64,000 nucleotides of DNA from Mobula hypostoma (GCF_963921235.1 NC_086097.1:176454001-176518000), one strand, 5' to 3'; shown: positions 11,255 to 23,834, counted from the stretch's first letter. Notes: generated from the letters alone by a model not told the origin. Translations and numbers: made by a program.

Positions 11255-13596
11255 AATGACATGGGTGGGAAAAGGGAAGAGGTCCTGAAAACAGACTACA
11301 GAGAGTTAGGAAGGAAGTTGAGAAACAGGACCACAAAGGTAGTAATCTCGGGATTACTGCCTGTGCCACGCGACAGTGAGTATAGGAATAGAATGAAGTG
11401 GAGAATAAATATGCGGCTGAGGGATTGGAGCAGGGGGCAGGGATTCAGATTTCTGGATCATTGGGACCTCTTTTGGGGCAGGTGTGACCTGTACAAAAAG
11501 GACGGGTTGCACTTGAATCCCAGGGGGACCAATATCCTGGCAGGGAGGTTTGCTAAGGCTACTGGGGAGAGTTTAAACTAGAATTATTGGGGGGTGGGAA
11601 CCAAACTGAAGTGACTGGGGAAGAGGCGGTTGGCTCACAAATAGAGAAAACTTTGAGACAGTGTGTGAGGGAGGATAGGCAGGTGATAGAGAAAGGATGC
11701 ACTCACACCGACGGTTTGAAATGTGTCTATTTTAATGCAAGGAGTATTGTGAACAAAGCAGATGAGCTTAGAGCGTGGATCAGTACTTGGAGATATGATG
11801 TGGTGGCTACTACAGTGACTTGGATGGCTCAGGGACAGAATGGTTACTTCCAGTGCCGGGTTTTAGATGTTTCAGAATGGACAGGGAGGGAGGCAAAGGA
11901 GGTGGGGGTGTGGCACTGTTGATCAGAGATAGTGTCACGGCTGCAGAAAAGGTGGATAACATGGAGGGATTCTCTACGGAGTCTCTGTGGGTGGAGGTTA
12001 GGAACAGGAAGGGGTCAATAACTTTACTGGGTGTTTTATATAGGACGCCCAATAGTAACAAGGATATCGAGGAGCAGATAGGGAAACAGATCCTGGAAAG
12101 GTGTAATAATAACAGAGTTGTTGTGGTGGGAGATTTTAATTTTCCAAATATCCATTGGCATCTCCCTAGAACAAGGGGTTTAGATGGGGTTGTGTTTGTT
12201 AGGTGTGTTCATGAAAGTTTCTTGACACAATATGTAGATAAGCCTACAAGAGGAGAGACGGTACTTGATTTGGTATTGGGAAATGAACTTGGTCAGGTGT
12301 CAGATCTCAGTGGGAGAGCATTTTGGAAAGACTGATCATAATTCTATCTCCTTTACAATAGCATTGGAGAGAGACAGGAACAGACAAGTTAGAAAAGTGT
12401 TTAATTGGAGTAAGGGGAATCATGAGGCTATCAGACAGGAATTTGGAAGCTTAAATTGGGAACAGATGTTCTTGGGGAAAGGTACGGAAGAAATGTGGCA
12501 AATGTTCTGGGGATATTTGTGTGGAGTTCTGCATAGGTACGTTCCAATGAGACAGGGAAGTTATGGTAGGGTACAGGAACCATGGTGTACAAAGGCTGTA
12601 GTAAATCTAGTCAAGAAGAAAAGAAAAGCTTATGAAAGGTTCAGAAAGCTAGGTAATGTTAGAGATCTAGAAGATTATAAGGCTAATAGGAAGGAGCTTA
12701 AGAAGGAAATTAGGAGAGCCAGAAGGGGCCATGAGAAGGCCTTGGTAGGCAGGATTAAGGAAAACCCCAAGGCATTCTACAAGTATGTGAAGAGCAAGAG
12801 GATAAGACGTGAAAGAATAGGACCTATCAAGTGTGACAGTGGGAAAGTGTGTATGGAACCAGAGGAAATAGCAGAGGTACTTAATGAATACTTTACTTCA
12901 GTATTCACTATGGAAAAGGATCTTTGTGATTGTAGTGCTGACTTGCAGCGAACTGAAAAGCTTGAGCATGTAGATATTAAGAAAGAGGATATACTGGAGC
13001 TTCTGGAAAGCATCAATTTGGATAAGTCGCTGGGACCAGATGAGATGTACCCCAGGCTACTGTGGGAGGCAAGGGAGGAGGTTGCTGAGCCTCTGGCAAT
13101 AATCTTTGCATCGTCATTGGGAATGGGAGAGGTTCTGGAGGATTGGAGGGTTGCAGATGTTGTTCCCTTATTCAAGAAAGGGAGTAGAGATAGCCCAGGA
13201 AATTAAAGACCAGTGAGCCTTACTTCAGTGGTTGGTAAGTTGATGGAGAAGATCCTAAGAGGCAGGATTTATGAACATTTGTAGAGGCATAATATGATTA
13301 GGAATAGTCAGCATGGCTTTGTCAAGGGCACGTCGTGCCTTACGAGCCTGACTGAATTTTTTGAGGATATGACTAAACACATTGATGAAGGAAGAGCAGT
13401 AGATGTAGTGTATATGGATTTCAGCAAGTCATTTGATAAGGTACCTCATGCAAGGCTTATTGAGAAAGTAAGGAGGCATGGGATCCAAGGGGACATTGCT
13501 TTGTGGATCCAGAATTAGCTTGCCCACAGAAGGCAAAGAGTGGTTGTAGACGGGTCATATTCTGTATGGAGGTTGGTGACCAGTGGTGTGCCTCAG

Positions 13597-13730
13597 TGAA
13601 CTCGAGAAAATCTGCAGATACTGGAAATTCAAGCAACACACACTAAATACTGGTGGAACCCAGCAAGCCAGGCAGCATCTATAGGAAGAAGTACAGTCAA
13701 CATTTCGGGTCGAGACCCTTCGTCAGGACT
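13597..13730 (-). mobile_element. Penelope-like pseudo-LTR mini-insertion in CR1 RT
   Basis: Interrupts the CR1 GVPQ/GSVL coding sequence; ctcag duplicated at the flanks; sequence equals the pLTR of the GIY-YIG element at 56498-57730. Confidence 0.88.
13694..13730 (-). ncRNA. Minimal type-I hammerhead ribozyme (best-preserved copy)
   Basis: Minus strand AGUC-CUGACGA-A-GGGU(CUCG)ACCC-GAAA-UG-UU/GACU: stem I AGUC/GACU, core CUGANGA and GAAA, 4-bp stem II, NUH triplet GUU; stem III AUGU is a CpG-decayed ACGU. Confidence 0.75.
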
Positions 13731-15615
13731 CAGGGATCTGTTCTGAGACCCTTACTCTTCGTGATTTTTATAAATGATCTCGATGAGGAAGTGGAGGGAT
13801 GGGTTAGTAAGTTTGCTGATGACATGAAGGTTGGGGGTGTAGTGGATAGTGTGGAGGGCTGTCAGAGGTTTCAGCGGGAAATTGATAGGATGCAAAACTG
13901 GGCTGAGAAATGGTAGATGGAGTTCAACCCAGATAAGTGTGAAGTGGTCATTTTGGTAGGTCAAATATGATGGCAAAATATAGTATTAATGGTAAGACTC
14001 TTGGCAGTGTGGAGGATCAGAGGGATCTTGGGGTCCGAGTCCATAGGATACTCAAAGCTGCTGCGCAGGTTGACTCTATGGTTAAGAAAACATACGGTGC
14101 ATTGGCCTTCATCAACCGTGGGATTGAGTTTAAGAGCCGAGAGGTAATGTTACAGTTATATAGGACCCTGGTTACACCCCACTTGGAGTACCGTGCTCAG
14201 TTATAGTCACCTCACTACATGAAGAATGCGGAAACTATAGAAAGGGTGCAGAGGAGACTTACAAGGATGTTGCCTGGATTGGGGAGCATGCCTTATGAGA
14301 ATAGGTTGTGTAAACTCGGCCTTTTCTCCTCGGAACGGTGGAGGATGAGAGGCATTGATCGTATGGATAGTCAGAGGCTTTCTCCCAGGGCTGAAATGGC
14401 TAATGTGAGAGGGCACAGTTTTAAGGTACTTGGAAGTTATTACCTCTCAGTCATCAGACTCTCGAACCAGGGGGATATCTTCACTCAACTTCATTCACCT
14501 CCAACACTGAACTGTTCCCACAACCTATGGATTCACTCTCAAGGACTTTTCATCTTATGTTCACGATATTTGTTATTTATTTATTATTATTATTATTATT
14601 TTGTTTACTTTTGTTTCTTTCTGTGTTTGCAGTTACCTTTTGCACATTAGTTGTTTATCCATCTTGTGTATAGGTTTAATTGATTCTTCTGAATTTCTTT
14701 ATATTTACTGTGAATCCCTACAAAAAAAGCATCTCAGTGTAGTATTTGGTGACATATATGTAATTCAATAATAAATTTGCTTTGAACTTTGGGAACAGCT
14801 TTGGGCCCCTTACTTAAGAAAGGATGTGCTGGTGTGGGAGAACGTCAACAGGAGGCTTACATGAATGATCCCAGAAATGAAAGGGTTAACACATGAGGAG
14901 TATTTAATGGTTCTGTGCCTGTTTAGAAGAATGAGGGTGGGATCTCATTGAAACCTGGTGAATACTGTGAAGCCTAGATAAAGTGTATGTGCAGAGGATG
15001 TTTCCAGTAGTGAGAGAGCCTAGGACCAGAGAGAACAGCCTCAGAATAGAAAGCCGTCCTTTTATGATAAAGATAAGGAGGAATTTCTTTAGCCAGAGGA
15101 TTCATTACCACGGACAGATGTGGAGGCCAAGTCATTAGGTATATCTGAATCTGAGAATGATAAGTTCTTGATTAGTAAGGCATTAAAGGTTACAGGAGAA
15201 GGCAGGAGCAGGTAATTAACTTTAGTGATTAGATAAGTATTGATCCCACTTCATCTTCAATCTGGTTCACTGGAATCTACTTTCACCTCAACAAGAATGG
15301 CCTCAGTTTAATACTTTAGTAAATTAACTTTGCCAACGTTAGCCAACATTAACTCATTCTGCTCTTCTTGCTGCATCAGTAAAGTAGCCAACAGAATTAA
15401 GGATCCCTCCCATCCCAGACAATCTCTCTCCTCCCCTTTCCATCATGAAGGAGATGCAAAAACTCAAAAACACACACCATCTTGCTTAAGGTAATCATCT
15501 ACCCTGCTGTTATAAGACATTTCAATGGCTCTCTTGAAAGTTAAGGACAATCTCTAGACCTTACCATCCACCTTGACATAATCCTGCATGGTATCAGTTG
15601 CCTGCCCTGCACTTG

Positions 15616-17825
15616 GACCATAAGACATAGGAACACAATTAGACCATGCAGCTCTGCTCTGCCATTTTATCATGGCTGATCCCAGATCCCACTCAACCCC
15701 CTACACCTGCCCCCTCACCATATCCCTTGATGCCTTGAACAATCAGGAATCTATCAACTTCCACTTTGAATATACCCAAGGACTTGGCCTCCACCACAGT
15801 CTGTGGCAGGGCGTTCTACAGATTCACCACTCTTTGGCTATAAAAAAATCCTCCTGTTTAAAAAGGTATCCCTCAGTTTTGAGGTTGTGCCCTCTAGTTC
15901 TAGAAACCTACGACAGAGGAAACATCCTCTCCATATCCACCTTATATAGTCCTTTCAAAATTTGGTAGGTTTCAATGAGATCCCCACACATTCTTCTAAA
16001 TTCCAGTGAGTACAGGTCCAAAGCTGCCAAACGCTCCTTATATGTTAACCCCTTCATTCCCAGAATCATCCTCATGAACCTCCTCTGGAGTTTCTCCAAA
16101 GACTGTACATCCTTTCTGAGATAAGTGGCCCAAAACTGTTGACAATACTCCAAGTGCAGCCTGACTAGTGTCTTATAAAGCTTCAGCATTATCTCCTTGC
16201 TTTTATATTCTATTCCCCTTGAAATAAATGTCAACATTGCACTTGCCTTCTTTACCACAGACTCAACCTGTAAATTAACCTTCTGGGAGTCTTGCTCAAG
16301 GACCCCCAAGTCGTTTTGCACCTCTGATCTTTGAATTTTCTCCCCTTTAGATAATAGTCTGCACTATTGTTCCTTTTACCAAAATGCATTATCATATATT
16401 TCCCAACATTGTATTCCATCTGTCACTCTTGTCCATTCTTCCAATTTGTCTAAGTCCTGTTGCAATCACATTTCTTTGTCAGCACTACCTACCCCTCCAT
16501 CTACCTTCATATCATCCACAAACTTTGCCACAAAGCCATCAATTCCACTATCTAAATCAGTGACAAACAATGTGAAAAGTAGTAGTCCCAATACTGACCC
16601 CTGGGGAACACCACCAGTCACTGGCAGCCAACCAGAAAAGGCCCCCTTTATTCCTACTCACTGCTTCTTGCCTATCAGCCATTCCTCTATCCATGCCAGT
16701 ATAGTTCCTGTAACACCATTGGCTTTTATCTTGTTAAGCAGCCTCATGTGAGGCACCTTATCAAATGCCTTCTGAAAATCTAAGTATATGACAACCACTG
16801 CCTCTCCTTCTTCCTTCCTCAAAGAACTCAACAGATTTAACAGGCAATATTTCCCTCTACAGAAACCATTCTGACGTTGACATATTTTATCATTAGTCTC
16901 CAAGTAGCCCGAAACCTCATCCTTAATAATGGACTCCAACACTTTCCCAATGACCGAGGTTAGACTAAGTGGTGTATAATTTCTTCTCTTTTGTCTTCCT
17001 CCCTTCTTAAAGAGTGGAATGACATTTGCAATCTTCCAGTCCTCCAGGACCATGCCAGAATCAAGTGATTCTTGAAAGATCATGACCAATGCATCCGTAT
17101 CTCTTCGGTAATCTCCCTCAGGATTCTGGGATGTAGTCCATCCGGTCCGATGACTTTTCTACCTTTAGACCTTTGAGTTTGCCTCACACTTTTTTTCTTT
17201 GTAATAACAATGGCACTCACTCCTGCTTCCTGGCACTCAAGGACCTCAGGCACCTTGCTAGTATCTTCCACTGTAAAGAATGAAGCATATTACTTAAGTT
17301 CATCTGCCATTTCTTTGTCCCCCATTACTCCCTCTCCAGCATTATTTTCCAGTGGTTCAATATCAACTCTCATCTCCCTTTTATTCTTTATGTAACTGAA
17401 AAAACTTTTATTATCCTGCTTAATATCATCAACTGGTTTGCTCTCATTTTACATCTCTTCTCTTCTTTTGGCTTTTTTTTTTAAGTTGCCCTTTGTTGGC
17501 TTTTAAAACCTTGCCTATCATCCAACTTCCCACTTACTTTTGCTACCTTATATGCTCTTTATTTGGTTTTTATACAGTCCTTAACTTCCCTTGTCAGCCA
17601 CAGTTGTCTACTCTTGCCATTTGGGAAATTCTTCTTCTGTGGGACATATCTATCCTGCACCTTATGGACTATTCCCAGAAACATCATCCACTTCTGCTCT
17701 GCCATTATTCCCACCAGTATCCCCATCCAATTCACTTGGGCAAGCTCTTCTCTCATGCCTCTGTAATTCGCTTTATTCCATTGCAAAACTGATACATCTG
17801 ACTTCTGCTTCTCTCTCTCTCTCAC
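15616..17825 (-). mobile_element. CR1 LINE (linker, RT and 3' end), decayed
   Basis: ORFs 17559-17873, 17080-17271 (GPDGLHPRILRE), 16658-17089 ([27 protein letters not shown]) and 15908-16321. Confidence 0.92.
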
Positions 17826-18694
17826 TTTCTCAGTAACTAGAACATAGAACTGTACAGCACAGGAACAGGACACTCAGCACATCATCTTGTGCTAAACCAA
17901 TCAAATGGCCCCTTGACTAATCCCTTTTGCCTACACAATATCGATATACTTCCTTTCTTTATACATTGAACACTTCTATCATACATTATTTCCCACTACC
18001 ACTCGCCCCAATGACACAGAGAGGCAATTCAGAGCATTGAGTCCATGCAATTTCTCACTGAGCCTGCTCTCTCACATTTCACTTCAACCAGTCCTCTCTT
18101 ATCTGCTCATTATGGTTACGAGAGACATAGACTGAGCAGACAACCGGTATCGTTTTCCCAGAGTTGAAATGTCTCACATTAGAGGGCAGGCGTTTAAAGA
18201 GGGGAGACAAGTTCAAAAGAATGTGTAGGACATTTTTTTTTAAACACAGAGAGGGGAGAAGGGGTGGAGCAAAATATGATAAAGGTGTTTAAGAAGCTCT
18301 TAGATAGGCACATGAATATACAGAGAATGGAGGGATATCAAAGGTCAAAGTACATTTATAATAAAAGTATGTATACATTATACAACCTTCAAATTTGTCT
18401 CCTTACAGGTAGCCATAAAACAAAGGACCCACAAAAGAACCCTTTAAAAATAGAAAGCCATCAAAAAACCCAATGCAGAGAGGGAGTGAAGAAAAAAAAA
18501 ACAAATCGTGCAAGCGATAAAAGTAAGTAAATAGCTTCAGAACTGAAGTTTTATAGAAGACACGAAGCCAGCCATCACTGCAGCCGGACCCTCAGTTTAT
18601 TGTAAACATTGCGAGACAACCAACGCGAATCCAGCCATCACTGCAGTTGGAGCCCCAGTTCAGCCCAGAGCTGAGTAAATGTTGTCCTGGTGAG

Positions 18695-20713
18695 GAAGAT
18701 AAAGAATGGTAGGGTGAAGGAACCATGGGTGACGTGAAGTGGAAAATTTAGTCAGGTGGAAGAAGGTAGCATACATGAGGTTTAGGAAGCAAGGATCAGA
18801 TGGGTCTATTGAGGAATACAGGGAAGCAAGAAAGGAGCTTAAGAAGGGGCTGAGGACAGCAAGAAGGGGGCATGAGAAGGCCTTGGAGAGTAGGGTAAAG
18901 GAAAACCCCAAGGCATTCTTCAATTATGTGAAGAAAAAAAGGATGACAGGAGTTAAGGTAGGACCGATTAGAAATAAAGGTGGGAAGATGTGCCTGGAGG
19001 CTGTGGAAGTGAGTGAGGTCCTCAATGAATACTTCTCTTCGGTATTCAACAATGAGAGGGAACTTGATGACGGTGAGGACAATATGAGTGAGGTTGATGT
19101 TCTGGAGCATGTTGATATTAAAGGAGAAGAGGTGTTGGAGTTTTTAAAATAGATTAGGACGGATAAGTCCCCGGGGTCTGACAGAATATTCCCCAGGCTG
19201 CTCCACAAAGTGAGGGAAGAGATTGCTGAGCCTCTGGCTAGGATCTTTATGTACTCGTTGTCCACGAGAATGGTACCGGAGGATTGGAGGGAGGCGAATG
19301 TTGTCCCCTTGTTCAAAAAAGGTAGTAGGGATAGCCTGGGTAATTATAGACCAGTGAGCCTTACGTCTGTGGTGGGAAAGCTGTTGGAAAAGATCCTTAG
19401 AGATAGGATCTATGGGCATTTAGAGAATCATGGTCTGATCAGGGACAGTCAGCATGGCTTTGTGAAGGGCAGGTCATGTCTGACAAGCCTGATAGAGTTC
19501 TTTGAGGAGGTGACCAGGCATATAGATGAGGGTAATGCAGTGGATGTGATCTACATGGATTTTAGTAAGGCATTTGACAAGTTTCCACACGGTAGGCTTA
19601 TTCAGAAAGTCAGAAGGCATAGGATCCAGGGAAGTTTGACCAGGTGGATTCAGAATTGGCTTGCCTGCAGAAGGCAGGGGGTCGTGGTGGAGGGAGTACA
19701 TTCAGATTGGAGGATTGTGACTAGTGGTGTCCCACAAGGATCTGTTCTGGGACCTCTACTTTTCGTGATTTTTATTAATGACCTGGATGTGGGGGTAGAA
19801 GGGTGGGTTGGCAAGTTTGCAGACAACACAAAGGTTGGTGGTGTTGTAGATAGTGTAGAGGATTGTCAAAGATTGCAGAGAGACATTGATAGGATGCAGA
19901 AGTGGGCTGAGAAGTGGCAGATGGAGTTCAACCCAGAGAAGTGTGAGGTGGTACACTTTGGAAGGACAAACTCCGAGGCAGAGTACAAAGTAAATGGCAG
20001 GATACTTGGTAGTGTGGAGGAGCAGAGGGATCTGGGGGTACATGTCCACAGATCCCTGAAAGTAGCCTCACAGGTAGATAGGGTAGTTAAGAAAGCTTAT
20101 GGGGTATTAGCTTTCATAAGTCGAGGGATAGAGTTTGAGAGTCGCGATGTAATGATGTAGCTCTATAAAACTCTGGTTAGGCCACACTTGGAGTATTGTG
20201 TCCAGTTCTGGTTGCCTCACAATAGAAAGGATGTGGAAGCATTGGAAAAGGTACAGAGGAGATTTACCAGGATGCTGCCTGGTTTAGAGAATACGTATTA
20301 TGATCAGAGATTAAGGGAGCTAGGGCTTTACTCTTTGGAGAGAAGGAGGATGAGAGGAGACATGATAGAGGTATACAAGATATTAAGAGGAATAGACAGA
20401 GTGGACAGCCAACGCCTCTTCCCCAGGGCACCACTGCTCAATACAAGAGGACATGGCTTTAAGGTAAGGGGTGGGAAGTTCAAGGGGGATATTAGAGGAA
20501 GGTTTTTTACTCAGAGAGTGGTTGGTGCGTGGAATGCACTGCCTGAATCAGTGGTGGAGGCAGATACACTGGTGAAGTTTTAAGAGACTACTAGACAGGT
20601 ATATGAAGGAATTTAAGGTGGGGGGGGTTATATGGGAGGCAGGGTTTGAGGGTCGGCACAACATTGTGGGCCGAAGGGCCTGATATGTGCTGTGCTATTC
20701 TATGTTCTATGTT
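18695..20713 (+). mobile_element. Very young 5'-truncated CR1 LINE (RT), inserted in a Rex1-type tail
   Basis: ORFs 18739-19152, 19210-20160 and 20188-20583 share one frame and are separated only by point stops; full RT motifs; tail ctattctatgttctatgtt. Confidence 0.96.
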
Positions 20714-21014
20714 ATTGAGAAAGTTTATTAATAAGGTATTTAGTAGCTTTCTTTCTTTTGTTTTTGGGAGCCAATAAGAAGTCACTGGACGTTGTTTAGG
20801 CAGAAGGGATTAAATTAGATATTTAATTAAGCATTTCAATTCTGATTTGTTTATCACATGTATATTGAGACATGCAGTGAAATGTGTAATTTGCATTAAC
20901 AACCAATACATCTATTGATGTGTTGGGGACACCCGCAAGTGTTGCCACACATTTTGGCGCCAACATAACATGCCTACATTATTCAGCAGAGCAACACAAG
21001 CAGCAATGGCAATG

Positions 21015-21262
21015 ATTAGTCCAGCACAGCATCATGGGCCTGTGGTGGTTGATGTCCTAACTCCCCCTGACCTGATTCTCCCTCCAGCCACCTACACACT
21101 GGGTGTAATTTACAGCAGCCATCCCTCACTTCTGGAAGGAAATCAGAAAACCTGGGGGAAACCATGCAGTCATAGGGAGAGTGTGTAAACTCCATGTTGA
21201 CAGCACCAGAGGTCATGATTGAATCTGGGTCGCTGGAGCAGTGACTCTACCCCCTGCACCAC
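21015..21262 (-). mobile_element. tRNA-derived V-SINE (HE1-like)
   Basis: Reverse complement: ..gctccagcgacccagattcaatc..gtcaacatggagtttacacactctccc..ggttttctgatttccttcc. Confidence 0.65.
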
Positions 21263-21979
21263 TGACTCTTCATTCTTCACACTCATGGACCTGTGTAGAA
21301 ACTGGACATGGGTGAGTAAGCCTTGTCCCTGTGTGGAGGTGTTTGTAGAGCAAGACTCTGCTGTTACTTCATTCCTGGCATCTTATTCTGGGAATAGATT
21401 TGCCTTGTCAAACTGGATGAGGGAGCAGATTCATTAATTTAGCTGTTTTTATTTATTTTACTGTGATTTTTTTTTACTTCAGTCTGAAGTTCTGGGCTTC
21501 TGCCATTCAAAAACTGGAAAGGTTCTTCTTGAACAGTTTCTGTGTGATTGTGAAAGCTCTGCATGTGTCAAACAGATTTTAATTTGATGCCATCTAATCC
21601 TCCCCTTCATCTTCTTATAATTTACATTTACTAGCTGCAATTTAATGGCAGATGAATTTGGATAAAGTCAGAGAGAAAGGTTGCTTATTTCCAACAATTT
21701 AACAGTAATAAAGTGCATGAAATTGACCGCACTAATGAAAGAAGAAATGTAAAAATGATATTACTTCATTAGCCAAAAAAGCAGGTTGTGTCATACATTG
21801 TAATTCAGAACATAAATATGCAGACGGTTCTCAACTGGCAAATCCTCCTTCAGATCAAAGCAACCCTTCAATGAAATAGTATTCAATTAAAAAATCCCAA
21901 TATTAATTGAAAGTAACATTGTTAACTCTTGTCTCTGACATACATTTCAAGAATGGCTTCAAGATTGGTTTAACATAAA

Positions 21980-22840
21980 CAGGAATCAAAATCAGAATCG
22001 AATTTAGTACTACTGACTTATATGATGTGAAACATGGTTTTGCAGCAAAGTGCAGTGCAGACATAACGTTACCATAAATTACAACATTAAATAGTGAAAA
22101 AAAGGATTAGCAAGGTCGTGTTTGGTGGTTCATAGACTATTCAGAAATTGATGGTGGTGAAGAAGTTGTTTCTGAATCATTGAGTGTGGGTCTTCTCCCT
22201 GTTGGTCTTAACGAAAAGAAGGCAGGTATCAGATGGTGAGGGTCTTTCCTGACGTATATTGCCTTCTTCAGGCACCACCAGTTGAAGTTGTCCTCACTAG
22301 TGGGAAGGCTTTTGCCCATAATAGAACTAACAGAGTCTAAAACCCTTAACAGTTTCTTGCAACCTTGTGCATTGGAGCCTCCATAACAGGCTGTGATGCA
22401 ACCAGTCAGAATACTCTTCACAGTACACCTATAGAAATCTGTAAGAGTCTTTGGTGACACACCTATATTTTACTCACTATACACTCACGACTGTATGGCC
22501 AGATTCTGCTTGAACTCCATCTACAAGTTTGCAGGTGGTACTACCAAAGTGGGCCGTATCTCAAATGACAATGAGTTGGAGAGTTAGAGAAAGAGGTGGA
22601 AAGTCTTATGACATGGTGTTGTGACAACAGCCCTTCCTTGAAAGCAGCAAAACAACACAACTGAACTTTTTCAGAAAGGAGACAGTACACACTCTCCTGT
22701 TTACAACAATGGTGCTAAGGTTGAGAGAGATGGGAGTTTCAAGTTCCTAGGAATGAACATTAGATTAGATTATTAGATTAGATCATCAGTAGCCTATCCT
22801 GGTCCAAACATATTGATGCTATGGCCAGGAAAGCACTGTT
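21980..22840 (-). mobile_element. Rex1-type LINE with inverted 5' segment
   Basis: Minus 21980-22462 (ORF 22137-22460 MSPKTLTDFYRCTVKSILTGCITACYG); plus 22465-22840 (YSLYTHDC..KFAGGT..FKFLG..ARKA). Confidence 0.75.
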
Positions 22841-22859
22841 CCACGTACTATGTTCCACG

Positions 22860-23225
22860 TTCTAGATTCTATATATCTATCTAAAAGCCTCTTAAACACT
22901 ATAATCATATCTGCTTCCACTACCACCCCGGACACCCGTTCCAAACTCCCTCCATTCTCTCTGTAAAAATCTTGTCCCACATGCCCCACTCACCCTAAGT
23001 ACATGCACTCAAATATTTGACATTTCCACTGGGAACAAAACTCTATCTGGCTTGTCTATGCCTCTTATAATTGTATAAACTTCATGTCTCCCCTTATCCT
23101 CTACTGCTCTCGAGAAAATGACCTAAGTTTGACCAAGCTCTCCTTATAGTATGTGCCCTCTAATCCAGGCAGTATCCTGGTGAACCTCTTTTGTACCCTT
23201 TCTAAAGCCTCCACATCTTTCCTGC
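22860..23225 (-). mobile_element. Old CR1 3' fragment
   Basis: Reverse complement reads KDVEALERVQKRFTRILPGLEG. Confidence 0.7.
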
Positions 23226-23834
23226 TGTCAGTAGCTGCACCTTAAAGAATATTAATTACATAAACATATTCATTTTCTGTGCCTGACCAAATTTTTTCCA
23301 TTTCCGAGAAGCCTTGGATTTCTAAGTATTATTACTCACTGTCAACATTTATCAGGGAGAAATCTAGCAAAAAGTATGGGAAAAGATAATGTTAAATTTA
23401 AATTTGGAGGAAGATAAGAATTGTTTATGTTAGTAGAAATTCAGGGCAGTGAGCAGAATGTACTTTGAGGGAGTTTGCCACAGTTTGTCCAGTACTGTTA
23501 AAGTTTATGATAAATATTACATGACTGGAAATGGCAGGTTAAATGATTTAGTTAGCAAACTCAAATTCAGTTTCTTTTCTTTACCAGACTATTGGGTAAA
23601 TGAAATGGAATATTAAAGAGATTTATTGTTGGTTTTCTGTCTGGAGTATTAAATGCTCAATGATCAGAAACACAGTGGGATCAGGCCTGGATGTGGGGCA
23701 ATAGGGTCTCAGTTGTATAGAACTGAGAACTATAACTGGTCTGGTTTACATCTGATCGGCATCTCTGGTTGTGTCAAATCAGGCTAGACATGTATCCAAA
23801 CTGTACAAGATCTTAGCCTAAAAATCATATATTT

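Larger units (their letters stand above)
11252..14436 (+). mobile_element. Young long CR1 LINE: ORF1 esterase end, endonuclease and RT; 3' end lost
   Basis: ORF 11261-11581 (VVISGLLP, DGLHLN = SGNH esterase); 11587-12335 (YFNARS, GGGVAL, VGDFN = APE); 12265-14430 linker and RT with stops and frameshifts. Confidence 0.95.
9441..14790 (+). mobile_element. Rex1-type LINE split into 9441-9885 (RT) and 14437-14790 (C-terminus and 3' UTR)
   Basis: ORF 9790-10026 NRSTVGAVSLALHSTLEHLD; YYLSVIRLSNQ and 3' tail ..aataataaatttgctttgaacttt. Confidence 0.65.
9140..15212 (+). mobile_element. Old CR1 RT split into 9140-9440 and 14791-15212 by nested insertions
   Basis: Left part ends ttggagtattgtgggca (LEYC..); right part resumes gggaacagctttgggccccttacttaagaaaggatgtg (Q.WAPYLRKDV). 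Confidence 0.7.

Noticed and set aside
12777..13175. Ser-rich antisense ORFs (also 18924-19316, 9983-10474, 58354-58727 and others)
   Set aside because: Shadow frames of CR1 or Rex1 ORF2
18567..18646. Repeated ccagccatcactgcag
   Set aside because: Internal duplication within a LINE 3' UTR fragment
19210..20160. 316-aa reverse transcriptase as a domesticated or active gene
   Set aside because: Bounded by in-frame stops within a 5'-truncated CR1 lacking the endonuclease; an ordinary young dead copy
21262..21320. Plus-strand donor G|gtgagtaag as an exon end
   Set aside because: No convincing upstream acceptor outside the adjacent SINE
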